Assembly (NCBI GenBank): GCA_949297445.1
Contig: CASFSS010000018.1
Coordinates: 291,884-355,883, forward strand
DNA length: 64,000 bases
Direction: 5' to 3'
Origin: an uncultured bacterium
Lineage (GTDB): Bacteria > Bacillota_I > Bacilli_A > RFN20 > CAG-826
In this document: positions 20,432 through 30,972 of the stretch, piece after piece
Numbering within the stretch: the first letter of the stretch is position 1
Layout: each line of letters starts with the position of its first letter
Program-made: the position numbers and the translations under genes
Notes under the pieces: generated by a model
Told to the model about the DNA's origin: nothing
The model's database searches: none
The model's input: the letters and a program-made list of their open reading frames with translations, nothing else

Positions 20432-21760
20432 ATGAAAGAAATTAGCAAAAAACAATTAGAAGAATTAAATAAAAAATATCGAGAGAATCCTCAAAATAAG
20501 ATTATTCGTCATAGTTTATCTAAAACAGGCATTGAACAAGTCGCATCTAGTTTAGATGGTGAAGCTTCAATGGCCTTCAATTTCGACATTGTTGTCAAAA
20601 CATTAGATGTTACAAACCAAAAAGCCAGCGGCCGCTGCTGGTTATTTGCGGCGACTAATGTTTTGCGAGAAAAAATCGCCAAAGATTTAAATTTGGATCA
20701 TTTTGAATTATCGCAAAGTTTTTTGGCTTTCTATGACAAATTTGAAAAAATTAATTACACATTAGAAGCTTTTATTGAAAACATAGACGCTGATTATGAT
20801 GATCGAACATTAACATTTTTATTGCAAAATGTTGTTGGCGATGGTGGACAATGGGATATGTTTGTCAATTTGGTCAATAAATATGGTTTAATGCCTAAAC
20901 AGGCCTATGGCGAAACATTCACATCAAGTAATACGCGTTATATCAATAGTTTAATAAACGCTGAATTGCGCAAATTCGCCGCCAACATGAAAAATATTAA
21001 AGACGCTAAAGGGCTCGATGAAGTTTATCGTGTCAAAAACGATTTGTTGACGCGATGCTATGAAGCGCTAGTTAATGCCTATGGTGAGGTGCCGGAAACT
21101 TTCGATTTTGAATATGTTGATAAGGACGGCAAATATCATCTAGATCGTAATTTAACTCCTCTTACCTTCAAAGAAAAATACATCGGCAATTATTTAGATG
21201 ACTTTGTTTCAATCATAGATGCTCCTACATCTAGTAAGAAGATGAATACAACTTATACCGTAAAATATTTGGGCAACGTTGTTGGTGGAAAAATAGTCAC
21301 TCATTTAAATGTCGGCATTGAGCGACTGAAGGAATTAGTTATCAAACAACTAAAAGACAATGAAATTGTTTGGTTTGGTAGCGATGTAGCTTTTTATGGC
21401 GATCGACAAGGCGGCGTCTGGGATGATGGTGCTTTTGACTTTGAGTCATTATTGAAACTTGATTATAAGATTGATAAAGGCTTTGCTTTAGATTTTCGAA
21501 TTTCTCAGATGAATCATGCGATGTGCATCACTGGCGTATCCTTATTAGATAATGTTCCGACCAAGTGGAAAATTGAAAATTCTTGGGGTGATCAAAACGG
21601 AGTTCGTGGATACTATATCATGTCTGCCTCTTGGTTTGACCGATATACGTACCAAGCGGTGGTTCATAAAAAATATTTGAACGAAGAAGAACTTAAAGCC
21701 TTAGAAAAGGCACCAATTGTTTTAAAACCTTGGGATCCAATGGGCTCGTTGGCTGACTAA
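20432..21760 (+). CDS. pepC: Aminopeptidase C (bleomycin hydrolase, C1B)
   Basis: NQKASGRCWLFA, MNHAM, KIENSWG, C-terminal PWDPMGSLA. Confidence 0.95.
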   Translation: MKEISKKQLEELNKKYRENPQNKIIRHSLSKTGIEQVASSLDGEASMAFNFDIVVKTLDVTNQKASGRCWLFAATNVLREKIAKDLNLDHFELSQSFLAFYDKFEKINYTLEAFIENIDADYDDRTLTFLLQNVVGDGGQWDMFVNLVNKYGLMPKQAYGETFTSSNTRYINSLINAELRKFAANMKNIKDAKGLDEVYRVKNDLLTRCYEALVNAYGEVPETFDFEYVDKDGKYHLDRNLTPLTFKEKYIGNYLDDFVSIIDAPTSSKKMNTTYTVKYLGNVVGGKIVTHLNVGIERLKELVIKQLKDNEIVWFGSDVAFYGDRQGGVWDDGAFDFESLLKLDYKIDKGFALDFRISQMNHAMCITGVSLLDNVPTKWKIENSWGDQNGVRGYYIMSASWFDRYTYQAVVHKKYLNEEELKALEKAPIVLKPWDPMGSLAD

Positions 21761-21790
21761 AAATAAAACGGACACTGTCCGTTTTTATTT
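21761..21790. terminator. Bidirectional terminator
   Basis: AAATAAAACGGAC-ACT-GTCCGTTTTTATTT between convergent genes. Confidence 0.75.
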
Positions 21791-22984
21791 ATTGGTAGCA
21801 AAGACAAAGTCTTTGAATTCATTCATCTCGGCGCGCGTTTTAAATTTCGCCATATAAAAGGTGTCGCCCAAACAATCGGCCAAAATTGGCGGATAGCGCC
21901 CTTCTTTACATATGTTATTTTGATATTTTCTTAGGATATCATCGTGCGTATAAATATAAGTGCGATTGTCACGTCTTGATGCGCATCCAGCATAATATTT
22001 TTCGTGTTCCATATATTCGTTTGTCTTATCGTAAGCAAGTGAATCGGCCCATATTTTATATATGTTCACAGAACAAGCAAAATCAATTAAATCAGGCGAG
22101 TAACCGCCAGGTGCCCGTAAATTTGCTTCTAAAGCAACGATATCATTTTTGTTTCCGAGACCTATAATGTCATCGTCTAATTTGAAAAATTCGATATGGA
22201 AAAATCTATTTTGAATATTAAAAGCTTTGACGACGCGCCGACCAATTATATCTAAATATTTAGGAACGGTGGGGGCACAATAGTAAAAGACGTCTTTATT
22301 TTCATTAACAATATCAGCGATTGAGGGCGGAAAATTTTCGTTATCAGCAAAAATAACATTGGCGTTTGAATCTGATATGCCATCGTAAGAGATAATGTTG
22401 CCGTGCACATATTGTTCAACTATATAATCAATCCCTTCAGGCTTAATTTTTAGGAAGTGAATTAAGTCGCTGCGGTCTTGAATTTTAAATGAGCCATGCG
22501 AGCCGACACCAATATCTGGTTTAGCAAAAAGCGGATACCCAACTTCCTTTTGAAAAGCGTTTAAATCTTTTTTGTTATTGTCGTTAATAACGATGTATCT
22601 AGCCACTTTTACTCCAGCCATTTCAAAGCAAGCTTTCATTTGTGATTTTCTTTGATATCTCTCGATATCTTTTGTGCGCATGCCTTTAATATCGAACGTA
22701 TCTCTCAACCTGGCGTCTTGGCGCAACCAATATTCGTTATTGGATTCAAGATAATCGATGTGACCATATTTTGCCTGGAAATAAGATAAGGCATTTTGTA
22801 CATCGAAAAAGTTTTCAAGATTTGTTCGATAATACTCGGTCAAATCATTTTTTAGTTCGTAACGCAATTCATCATAAGAAGCATCGCCGACTCCTAAAAC
22901 GCGAAAGCCATTTTCTTTTAATGCTCTGACAAACAAATAGTAGTTCTCGGGAAAATTAGGTGATATGAATACAAAATTTTTCAT
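21785..22984 (-). CDS. ATP-grasp domain protein
   Basis: GYPLFAKPDIGVGS, YIVEQYV, FFHIEFF, LEANLRAPGG. Confidence 0.8.
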   Translation of the reverse strand: MKNFVFISPNFPENYYLFVRALKENGFRVLGVGDASYDELRYELKNDLTEYYRTNLENFFDVQNALSYFQAKYGHIDYLESNNEYWLRQDARLRDTFDIKGMRTKDIERYQRKSQMKACFEMAGVKVARYIVINDNNKKDLNAFQKEVGYPLFAKPDIGVGSHGSFKIQDRSDLIHFLKIKPEGIDYIVEQYVHGNIISYDGISDSNANVIFADNENFPPSIADIVNENKDVFYYCAPTVPKYLDIIGRRVVKAFNIQNRFFHIEFFKLDDDIIGLGNKNDIVALEANLRAPGGYSPDLIDFACSVNIYKIWADSLAYDKTNEYMEHEKYYAGCASRRDNRTYIYTHDDILRKYQNNICKEGRYPPILADCLGDTFYMAKFKTRAEMNEFKDFVFATNK

Positions 22985-23125
22985 ACTTTAAATATTACCA
23001 CTTTTCTTCAAAAAGTAAATTTTACCTAATATATTTAATATAATTATTAAAAGTTGTACAAAAGATTTATTTAATTTGCAAGTTATCTTATATAAAGATA
23101 ATATATTTATGAAAAGGAGATGAAT

Positions 23126-23872
23126 ATGCATAAATTAGTTCTAATTAGACATGGTGAATCCGAATGGAATAAATTAAATTTATTTACTGGTTGGACCGAT
23201 GTTGATTTAAGTGAAAAGGGCGAAGAAGAAGCACATCGCGCCGGCAAGACTCTTTTAAAAGAAGGCTATGATTTTGATGTCGTTTATACATCTTTATTGA
23301 AGCGCGCTATTCATACGATGAATTTTGCGTTAAAAGAATTAGACCGTGAATGGCTACCTGTCATCAAGTCATGGCGTTTGAATGAACGTCATTATGGAGC
23401 GCTTCAAGGCCTTAATAAAGCCGAGACAGCCGCTAAATATGGCGAAGATCAAGTGAAAGTTTGGCGTCGTAGTTATGATGTACCTCCGCCATCATTAAAG
23501 GAAGATGATCCACGCAATCCTGCTTTACAAGCTCAATTTAGGGATGTTCCGAAAAATGATTTGCCACTTGCTGAATCGTTGAAAGATACGGTTAAGCGCG
23601 CCGTTCCTTATTTTGAAAATGTAATTAAGCCAACCATGGCTGAAGGAAAGCGCGTATTGATTGTTGCACACGGCAACTCAATTAGGGCATTAGTTAAATA
23701 TTTTGACCAAATGAAGGACGAAGACATTGTCGCGGTCAATATTCCAACTGGCATTCCTTTAGTCTACGAATTTGATGATAATTTCAAAGTTATTCGTCAC
23801 TATTATTTAGCCGATGAAGAAGCTTTGAAAAAGGAAATGGAAGCCGTTGCCAATCAAGGAAAAGTGAAGTAA
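23126..23872 (+). CDS. gpmA: 2,3-BPG-dependent phosphoglycerate mutase
   Basis: [33 protein letters not shown]. Confidence 0.97.
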   Translation: MHKLVLIRHGESEWNKLNLFTGWTDVDLSEKGEEEAHRAGKTLLKEGYDFDVVYTSLLKRAIHTMNFALKELDREWLPVIKSWRLNERHYGALQGLNKAETAAKYGEDQVKVWRRSYDVPPPSLKEDDPRNPALQAQFRDVPKNDLPLAESLKDTVKRAVPYFENVIKPTMAEGKRVLIVAHGNSIRALVKYFDQMKDEDIVAVNIPTGIPLVYEFDDNFKVIRHYYLADEEALKKEMEAVANQGKVK

Positions 23873-23899
23873 ATATTTCGTTTTTGCAATGATTTTAAT

Positions 23900-23928
23900 A
23901 AAAAAACCGGAATTTTTCCGGTTTTTTT
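23900..23928. terminator. Bidirectional terminator
   Basis: AAAAAAACCGGAA-TTT-TTCCGGTTTTTTT between gpmA and fucO. Confidence 0.8.
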
Positions 23929-23941
23929 AACGCACTAAACC

Positions 23942-25087
23942 TTAGAGAAGCTTTTCGTATAGAGCGCGTATTTCGAGCACGCTAGTTTCGCGTGGATTGC
24001 CCGGTCGACAAGCATCATCATAGGCACTTTGAGCCAAGAAATCTAAGTCAGCCTTTTTAACGATTTGCTTTAAATCGGATGGAATGCCAACATCGCGCGC
24101 TAAATCTCTAACAGCATCGCAAGCAGCCTTACGATATTCATCCTGTGTCATTTCATCGACGTTTAATACGCCCATTGCTTTTGCAATATCTTTATATCGA
24201 TCTTTAGTGGCAACGGCATTATATTCCATAACGAGCGGAAGCAAAATTGCATTTGCGACGCCATGTGGCGTATCGTATTTTGCTCCTAAGGCATGGGCCA
24301 TCGAATGAACGATGCCGAGTCCAACATTAGAAAAGCCCATCCCGGCAATATATTGTGCCAGTGCCATCGCTTCCTTTGATTTTTTATCATTGTTTACTGC
24401 GCCACGAAGATTTTGAGCAATTAGTTCGATTGCTTTTAGATGGAACATATCAGTCATTTCCCAGGCGCCCTTTGTTATGTATCCTTCAATTGCGTGTGTT
24501 AGAGCATCCATCCCTGTAGCGGCCGTGAGTCCGCGTGGCATCGTCTCCATCATATCTGGATCAACGAAGGCCACAACTGGAATATCGTGAGGATCCACAC
24601 AAACAAATTTGCGGGCTTTTTCGACATCAGTAATTACATAGTTAATTGTTACTTCCGCGGCGGTTCCAGCGGTGGTAGGTACGGCGAAAATCGGCACCGA
24701 TGGATTTTTAGTTGGTGCAACGCCTTCTAAGGAACGAACATCAATAAACTCGCGATTATTAGCTATGATGCCAATTGCTTTCGCAGTATCGATTGATGAG
24801 CCTCCACCAATTGCAATGATGTAATCGGCTCCGCTTGCGTCAAATGCTTCTACACCCATTTGGACATTTTCAATTGTTGGATTAGCTTTAATCTTTGAAT
24901 ATATGACATATTCCATTTTGGCATGGTCTAATAACTTTGTTACTTTTTCGGTCACTCGGTAAATAATTAAATCTGGATCTGAACACACGAAAGCTTTTTT
25001 AAAGCCGCGCCTTTGAGCTTCGTTAATAATTTCCTTAATTGCTCCTGAGCCGTGATAGCTTGTTTCATTTAATATAATTCTTTGCAT
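23942..25087 (-). CDS. fucO: Lactaldehyde reductase (Fe-containing alcohol dehydrogenase)
   Basis: N-terminus RIILNETSYHG, GGGSSID, PTTAGTAAEVTINYVITD, DALTHAIEGY, HSMAH. Confidence 0.9.
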   Translation of the reverse strand: MQRIILNETSYHGSGAIKEIINEAQRRGFKKAFVCSDPDLIIYRVTEKVTKLLDHAKMEYVIYSKIKANPTIENVQMGVEAFDASGADYIIAIGGGSSIDTAKAIGIIANNREFIDVRSLEGVAPTKNPSVPIFAVPTTAGTAAEVTINYVITDVEKARKFVCVDPHDIPVVAFVDPDMMETMPRGLTAATGMDALTHAIEGYITKGAWEMTDMFHLKAIELIAQNLRGAVNNDKKSKEAMALAQYIAGMGFSNVGLGIVHSMAHALGAKYDTPHGVANAILLPLVMEYNAVATKDRYKDIAKAMGVLNVDEMTQDEYRKAACDAVRDLARDVGIPSDLKQIVKKADLDFLAQSAYDDACRPGNPRETSVLEIRALYEKLL

Positions 25088-25088
25088 A

Positions 25089-26474
25089 CTATTCCCCTCT
25101 TCGCTCTTTTATTTTAGCGAGCACATTTAATAGTTTAAACGCTTTTGTTGAATTTGGCGGATATTTTACTTGCAATTCAGCTTTGTTTTTAACAAGAACG
25201 CTTTTTTCGTGCGAAAATGTTTGGAAACTCTTTTTTCCGTGATAAGCACCCATGCCGCTTCTACCGACTCCACCAAAAGGTAAATTTTCATTGGTGAGAT
25301 GCATTATTGTTTCATTTATACATCCGCCACCATAGAAAGCTTCATTCATTACGCGCATAGCTTTCTTCTTATTTTTGGTGAAGTAATAAAACGCTAGAGG
25401 TTTTTCTTTATGTTTGACAATTTCTAAAACATTTTCTAAATCGTTAAATTTTAAAACCGGCATTACGGGACCAAATATCTCTTCCGACATTATTTTGTCA
25501 TCCCAAGTCACGTTGTCTAACACTGTCGGCTCGAGTAAATTACCATTAAATTTCCCACCGACAATTATTTTGTCTTTATCAATGAGTGACTCAACTTTGT
25601 TTCGATGTTTTTCATTGATCAAAAATGGAAATTGGGAAGAGATTTTGCCGTTGTTATCATAATAAAATTCTTTGATATACTTTTTGACTTTTTCGATAAA
25701 AGCATCGTGAACCGTTTCATGAACATAAATATAATCAGGCGCTACACAAGTTTGACCGGCGTTAAGAAATTTGCCCCATGTTATTCTTTTGGCGGCTATT
25801 TCAATATCGGCGTCCTCATCGACTATCGTTGGTGATTTGCCCCCAAGTTCTAACGAAACGGGTGTTAAATGTTTGGACGCTTTTTCAAGCACTAATTTAC
25901 CGACTGTTTCCCCGCCGGTGAAAAAAATATAATCAAAACGTTGTTCAAGCAAAGCTTGATTTTGTTCACGGCCACCTAATACGACACTTACCAAACATTC
26001 GTTATTTAATTCGGCAAACATGTCATAGATGACTTGTGAAACATTTTTTGCATAGCTGGCAGGCTTTAATATAACGGTATTGCCAGCGGCAATTGCGCCG
26101 ATTAGTGGCTCAATTGATAATTGTAATGGATAATTCCACGGCGCCATTATTAGCACAACACCATAGGGCTCTTGAATTAAATAACCCTTGGAAGGAAAGT
26201 TTATTATATCTGTTTTAACCTTTTTCGCTTTTGTTAATTTTTTTAAGTGCTTAATCATGTAATCGCACTCATTTAAAACGAGCAACAATTCGGTCGATAA
26301 AACATCAAATTGACATTTGTTGTAATCAAGATGAAAAGCCCCATAGAATTTGTTGCTATATTTCTTGAGCAAACATCTGATTTGTTTTAAGTATGCTAGT
26401 CGTTTATTTATATCGCGGGTGGCTCCACTTAAAAAATACTCTCGTTGTTTATTAACGGTAGATACAATGTCCAT
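25089..26474 (-). CDS. Aldehyde dehydrogenase (ALDH3-like)
   Basis: PWNYP, LELGGKSP, NAGQTCVAPD, EEIFGP, LPFGGVGRSGMG; start set after SD GGAGG. Confidence 0.92.
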   Translation of the reverse strand: MDIVSTVNKQREYFLSGATRDINKRLAYLKQIRCLLKKYSNKFYGAFHLDYNKCQFDVLSTELLLVLNECDYMIKHLKKLTKAKKVKTDIINFPSKGYLIQEPYGVVLIMAPWNYPLQLSIEPLIGAIAAGNTVILKPASYAKNVSQVIYDMFAELNNECLVSVVLGGREQNQALLEQRFDYIFFTGGETVGKLVLEKASKHLTPVSLELGGKSPTIVDEDADIEIAAKRITWGKFLNAGQTCVAPDYIYVHETVHDAFIEKVKKYIKEFYYDNNGKISSQFPFLINEKHRNKVESLIDKDKIIVGGKFNGNLLEPTVLDNVTWDDKIMSEEIFGPVMPVLKFNDLENVLEIVKHKEKPLAFYYFTKNKKKAMRVMNEAFYGGGCINETIMHLTNENLPFGGVGRSGMGAYHGKKSFQTFSHEKSVLVKNKAELQVKYPPNSTKAFKLLNVLAKIKERRGE

Positions 26475-26608
26475 AATTTGTTCCTCCAAAAACATTATAA
26501 AATATACTTTTAAGATATATTAGTTTTTCCTTAAAAAACTTTTTTGTAGGACGAAAAATTATGTTTGAAATTAATAAACTTTGGTTGAAAAAATCCGTAA
26601 AAATTGCT

Positions 26609-27295
26609 TTATTTTAATTTTTTTCCACAGCTTCGACAAAAATTGTCATCTTCGGCGCATTTGTTTCCGCAGTTTGGGCAATAATTAGTTTTATTCTTAT
26701 CTTTCTTATCTTTGCTTACAATCAAAGAAACATTTTCGTTCTTTTTGCTTTCAATTAATATTTTTTTCTTCGCGTCTTTCTCTTCTCGTTTTTTTCTTTT
26801 TGCAAAAGATGATTGCTTAAAAAAGTTGATGGCATCGGCGACTGTATCGATGGCGATGATAGATACATCAGCCCCCATTTGGCCAAGTTTACGAATTTGA
26901 TGTGACTCACCCCGTCCATAAACACACCAAGTTGCAAAATGTTCACAGTTATTAAGCATAAAGTTATACTTGCCACCGACAACTTCGGCTTGTCCGACAC
27001 ATGAAAGTGCTCGTTTAGCAACTTCTTGAGGTGAGTATTTGCGACGCATTTCATCAATTACTTGAATGCGAAGCGGATCGCCTCTTAAAAAGTCTTCTAA
27101 TGAAGTGTTTCTTATTTGCGTATTTTCTGGATTTAATAAATCGTCGCCAACCGGCCCTGAAAAATGCACGACACGATTGTTGCCGACATATATGCCGTAA
27201 TGGATATAAACGGCATTTTTTCTTTGCACCGTTAAAATATCACCTACCTGAGGCAGACGATTTTGATAAAAAATTGGTTCTTTACTATTTGCCAT
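26609..27295 (-). CDS. LRAT/NC-domain (permuted NlpC/P60) protein with C-terminal zinc ribbon
   Basis: HYGIYVG...VVHF and NNCEHFA catalytic motifs; CPNCG...FCRSCG. Confidence 0.82.
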   Translation of the reverse strand: MANSKEPIFYQNRLPQVGDILTVQRKNAVYIHYGIYVGNNRVVHFSGPVGDDLLNPENTQIRNTSLEDFLRGDPLRIQVIDEMRRKYSPQEVAKRALSCVGQAEVVGGKYNFMLNNCEHFATWCVYGRGESHQIRKLGQMGADVSIIAIDTVADAINFFKQSSFAKRKKREEKDAKKKILIESKKNENVSLIVSKDKKDKNKTNYCPNCGNKCAEDDNFCRSCGKKLK

Positions 27296-27384
27296 ATAGT
27301 TATATTATACACAAATATAAAAATTAATCCTTTTCCTTCAATATTGACTTAGTAACAAACTAAAAATTTGTTAAGATAAATAAC

Positions 27385-28167
27385 GTGAAGAAAATTAAAA
27401 TTGTCTTTTTTGATATTGATTGGACTATCTATGACCATACGGTGAAAGCTTTTAACGCCAAATCGATGAAAGCAATCAGCCTTCTACAAAAAAATGGTAT
27501 CAAGGTCGTCATTTGCACCTCTAGAGCTTATCATTCGGTGGAGACACTGGGATTATTTGCCTATTGTAGTCCAGATGGTTATATAACATCGAACGGTTCA
27601 CTCGTTTATCTTGATGGTAAATATATAAAGCTTGATACAATCCCAAAAGATGATTTGCGAAAAGCAATCGAAATTGTCAAAAAGCAAAACTTGACGATGG
27701 AGTGTATTGAAAAAAAGTCATGTTTTTTGATTGCTCCAAAAAATGAATATGTCGATAAATTATTTGCTATCTATTACGAAGATATGCCGCCCGTGAAAGA
27801 TTATAACGATGAAGATGTATTGAGTTGTCTTCTATTTGCGCCCGAACAATACGATGAATATTTTATTAAAACATTACCGCCAACGATAAAATATTATCGA
27901 TTTGATACTAATGGTGTCGATTTGTCTTCGGCAACATATAAAAAAGGTGATGGCATTAAAGCCGCTCTCGCTTATTATGGTTTTACCAAAGAGGAAGCTA
28001 TGGCCTTCGGCGATGACTTGGCCGATATTTCAATGTTTGAAGAAGTAAAGTATGGAATCGCCATGGGAAACGCAAAAGACGAAGTTAAACAAGCAGCGTT
28101 TTTTGTTTGCGAGAATATTGAAGATAATGGTGTTTTTAATACTCTAAAAAAGTTCTCTCTTATTTAA
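27385..28167 (+). CDS. Cof-type HAD-IIB hydrolase
   Basis: FFDIDWT, CTSR, KGDG, FGDDLADISMF, AMGNA. Confidence 0.9.
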   Translation: MKKIKIVFFDIDWTIYDHTVKAFNAKSMKAISLLQKNGIKVVICTSRAYHSVETLGLFAYCSPDGYITSNGSLVYLDGKYIKLDTIPKDDLRKAIEIVKKQNLTMECIEKKSCFLIAPKNEYVDKLFAIYYEDMPPVKDYNDEDVLSCLLFAPEQYDEYFIKTLPPTIKYYRFDTNGVDLSSATYKKGDGIKAALAYYGFTKEEAMAFGDDLADISMFEEVKYGIAMGNAKDEVKQAAFFVCENIEDNGVFNTLKKFSLI

Positions 28168-28237
28168 CCCACATTTTTAACCACTATTTTATCATTTATC
28201 AATTGCATTTTTCTTCTATTTGTTTTCTAATAAAAAT

Positions 28238-29695
28238 ATGAGAAGAAATTTAGGCGTATTAATGCCCGTTGCTTCCTTGCCTGCTCGACATGGAATCGGC
28301 GATTTTGGTTATTCGAGCAAAAAGTTTATCGATTGGTTAAAAAGCCAAAAATATCATTATTGGCAGGTATTGCCATTAAATCCGCTTGGCCCTGGTGAAT
28401 CACCATATATGTCGACCTCAAGTTTTGCGCTTGACTATCGTTATATTTCCTTGGATTTATTGACGGAAGAAGGACTACTTAATAAGACCCCTGACTTTAA
28501 GAAAGGAGCCCGTCAGTTAATCTTTTGGCAGATTGGTGAATTTAAAAAACCTTATTTATACAAAGCCTATCGCAATTTTATCAGCAAATACCCAGGCCGC
28601 CTAGAAAGATTTAAGGAAAAAAATGCGTGGGTTAGTAAATACGCAACTTTTCAAGTGTTCAAAGAACAAAATGATCAAAAGCCATGGCTAGAATGGAAAA
28701 AATGGCAAATTGATTATTATTTAAATCATCGTCATTCACCGCGCAAATATAGCGATCAAATTAATTTCATCGTCTTTATGCAAATGATGGCCTTGAAGCA
28801 GTGGAAGGATGTTTTAAGTTACGCTCATAAAAAAGGCATTCAAATCATTGCCGATATGCCTTTTTATGTTGGCTTAGATTCGATGGAAGTATGGCTCAAT
28901 CGCGACCAATTTTTGCTTGATGAAAATAACGTACCATATTTGGTGGCGGGCGTTCCCCCGGACGCCTTTTCCGATTTGGGCCAACTTTGGGGTTCGCCAA
29001 TTTATAACTTTGATAAAATGCGTCAAAATGGTTATAATCTCTTAGTTGAACGAACAACATATTTATCCAATTTATGTGATATTTTGCGGATTGATCATTT
29101 CCGCGCTTTTGATACATATTATGTAATTCCCCAAGGGCGAGAAGACGCCATCATTGGCGAATGGAAAATTGGACCCAGAAAAGAATTTTTCGAATGTTTA
29201 TATAAGGCTAAGCCATCTATTAATTTAATTGCCGAAGATTTAGGTGAGTTATTCGATTCGGTGCTTGAATTGCGCGACGATTTAAAGCTGCCCGGCATGT
29301 TTATCGTCCAATTTACAATTTTTGATAAGAAGGCCAAGAGCAACAATAATATGATTGTTTACTCGGGAACTCACGATAACGAAACGTTATTTGGTTGGTT
29401 TAAAAATTTAAAACTAACGGAAATCGAATTGCTTAAACAAAACCTAAATTATCAATACGGTAGTTTATATGATTTACTGGTGCGATACGTCTTCACAATA
29501 CCTTCTAAAATGACAATTTTGCCTTTGCAAGATTTATTGAAGCTAGATAATCGTGGTAGATTAAATACGCCAGGAACGGTCGGTGCGCCAAACTGGATGT
29601 GGCGGATGCCAAAGTGGGAAACACTTTCAAAAGTGCGCTATCCCAAAAAATCATTTTTCCGAAAAAGAAATTGGACAAAGGTGGAATTTAAGTGA
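28238..29695 (+). CDS. malQ: 4-alpha-glucanotransferase (amylomaltase, GH77)
   Basis: GVLMPVASLP, WQVLPLNP, AGVPPDAFS, LRIDHFRAF, IAEDLG, GTHDN. Confidence 0.93.
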   Translation: MRRNLGVLMPVASLPARHGIGDFGYSSKKFIDWLKSQKYHYWQVLPLNPLGPGESPYMSTSSFALDYRYISLDLLTEEGLLNKTPDFKKGARQLIFWQIGEFKKPYLYKAYRNFISKYPGRLERFKEKNAWVSKYATFQVFKEQNDQKPWLEWKKWQIDYYLNHRHSPRKYSDQINFIVFMQMMALKQWKDVLSYAHKKGIQIIADMPFYVGLDSMEVWLNRDQFLLDENNVPYLVAGVPPDAFSDLGQLWGSPIYNFDKMRQNGYNLLVERTTYLSNLCDILRIDHFRAFDTYYVIPQGREDAIIGEWKIGPRKEFFECLYKAKPSINLIAEDLGELFDSVLELRDDLKLPGMFIVQFTIFDKKAKSNNNMIVYSGTHDNETLFGWFKNLKLTEIELLKQNLNYQYGSLYDLLVRYVFTIPSKMTILPLQDLLKLDNRGRLNTPGTVGAPNWMWRMPKWETLSKVRYPKKSFFRKRNWTKVEFK

Positions 29696-30015
29696 TTAAA
29701 AAAGAAACGGTTAATCGTCTACTTGCCTTTCGTGACGAACGCGATTGGAAACAGTTTCATAGCGGGGAGAATCTTGCAAAAAGTCTCGTTATTGAAGCTG
29801 CGGAATTGCTTGAACTATATCAATGGGGTGAGCATGTTTCCAATATTGAGCACCTCAAAGAAGAACTGGCGGATGTTTTTAGCTATGCCATTTTGTTAGC
29901 CGAACATTATAAATTCGATGTCGACGCAATTTTAAATGAAAAAATTACTAAAAACGAGATTAAATATCCAAAAGATTTAGTCAAAGGTTCAGCAAAAAAG
30001 TACGACGAATATTAG
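29692..30015 (+). CDS. MazG-like nucleotide pyrophosphohydrolase
   Basis: RDWKQFH...EAAELLE...EELADV. Confidence 0.88.
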   Translation: MIKKETVNRLLAFRDERDWKQFHSGENLAKSLVIEAAELLELYQWGEHVSNIEHLKEELADVFSYAILLAEHYKFDVDAILNEKITKNEIKYPKDLVKGSAKKYDEY

Positions 30016-30935
30016 TCTTCGCTGTCGAATTTATTTTTGTTGATGCGCGAAACAATTTTCGGCACGAATATAAGTATCTTTCTTGATAAATAATTCCAAA
30101 TCATTACTATCAGTGTTTTTATTCCAAAGAATAAAGTGAACCAAATAAAAGTGATAAAGGACCAATCGTTAGTAAAGATGCCATCCATCCAATGATTTAT
30201 ATCAACTTGTAAACAATTAAGGCCGATTGCATTGAATCCTTCCATTATCAATATGCCGATTATTAAGCCAATCAAACTATAAACGATAAAGGCAATAATT
30301 GTTTTTGGTGACTTCTTTTGAAACGATTTTTCAACATCTTTATATACCCAAAAAACCGAGAGCAAGTAATTTACAATTACGCCAGCAATAAAGCCAAGTG
30401 TTGTACAAATGGCCGTTTCTATCCACGAAGAAGCATCACTTAAGCCACCAAAGGCCAACCAACCCATTAAGGAATAAATACCATAATCAACAACGGTGGC
30501 GACAACTCCAACAACTAGAAATCTTATTATTTCACCAGTTAATTTCTTTTTTGGCGGAATAAAATAAGCATTAGTGAGCCTAACTATTAAATCATCAGAG
30601 AGCCTTTCATCGCGCACAACAATGTCGTAATTTAATGCATCAATTTTTTCTTTATCTTGCTTATCGTCAACCAGTATCAAATCGGCGTAGCGAATTAGAC
30701 GCATGAACAATAAATTATTAATCCAACGCATAAATTTGCTCTTTTTCTTTGCTAAATTAAAAATTTTTGAAACTAATAAAATGGTTGGAATGTTTAATCG
30801 TCGTGCCTTTTTTATATATTTAAAAGAAGCAAGGGATAATTCATCACTAACAAAAATGGGTAAATTATTTTCAGCAAATTCGATTGCATCTTTTTGATAT
30901 ATCTTCTCTTTATTTTGTGGTTTAAAGAAAATCAT
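30012..30935 (-). CDS. GtrA family membrane protein with soluble N-terminal domain
   Basis: RFLVVGVVATVVDY, NYLLS..WVY, WNYLSRK GtrA motifs in C-terminal half; start chosen at MIFFKP. Confidence 0.7.
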   Translation of the reverse strand: MIFFKPQNKEKIYQKDAIEFAENNLPIFVSDELSLASFKYIKKARRLNIPTILLVSKIFNLAKKKSKFMRWINNLLFMRLIRYADLILVDDKQDKEKIDALNYDIVVRDERLSDDLIVRLTNAYFIPPKKKLTGEIIRFLVVGVVATVVDYGIYSLMGWLAFGGLSDASSWIETAICTTLGFIAGVIVNYLLSVFWVYKDVEKSFQKKSPKTIIAFIVYSLIGLIIGILIMEGFNAIGLNCLQVDINHWMDGIFTNDWSFITFIWFTLFFGIKTLIVMIWNYLSRKILIFVPKIVSRINKNKFDSED

Positions 30936-30972
30936 AAGATAAATATAGCGCAAAAATGTTATGATTTTAAAG

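Noticed and set aside
29692..30015. MazG-like gene as a defence or toxin-antitoxin component
   Set aside because: Stand-alone housecleaning-type protein coupled to malQ; no supporting context
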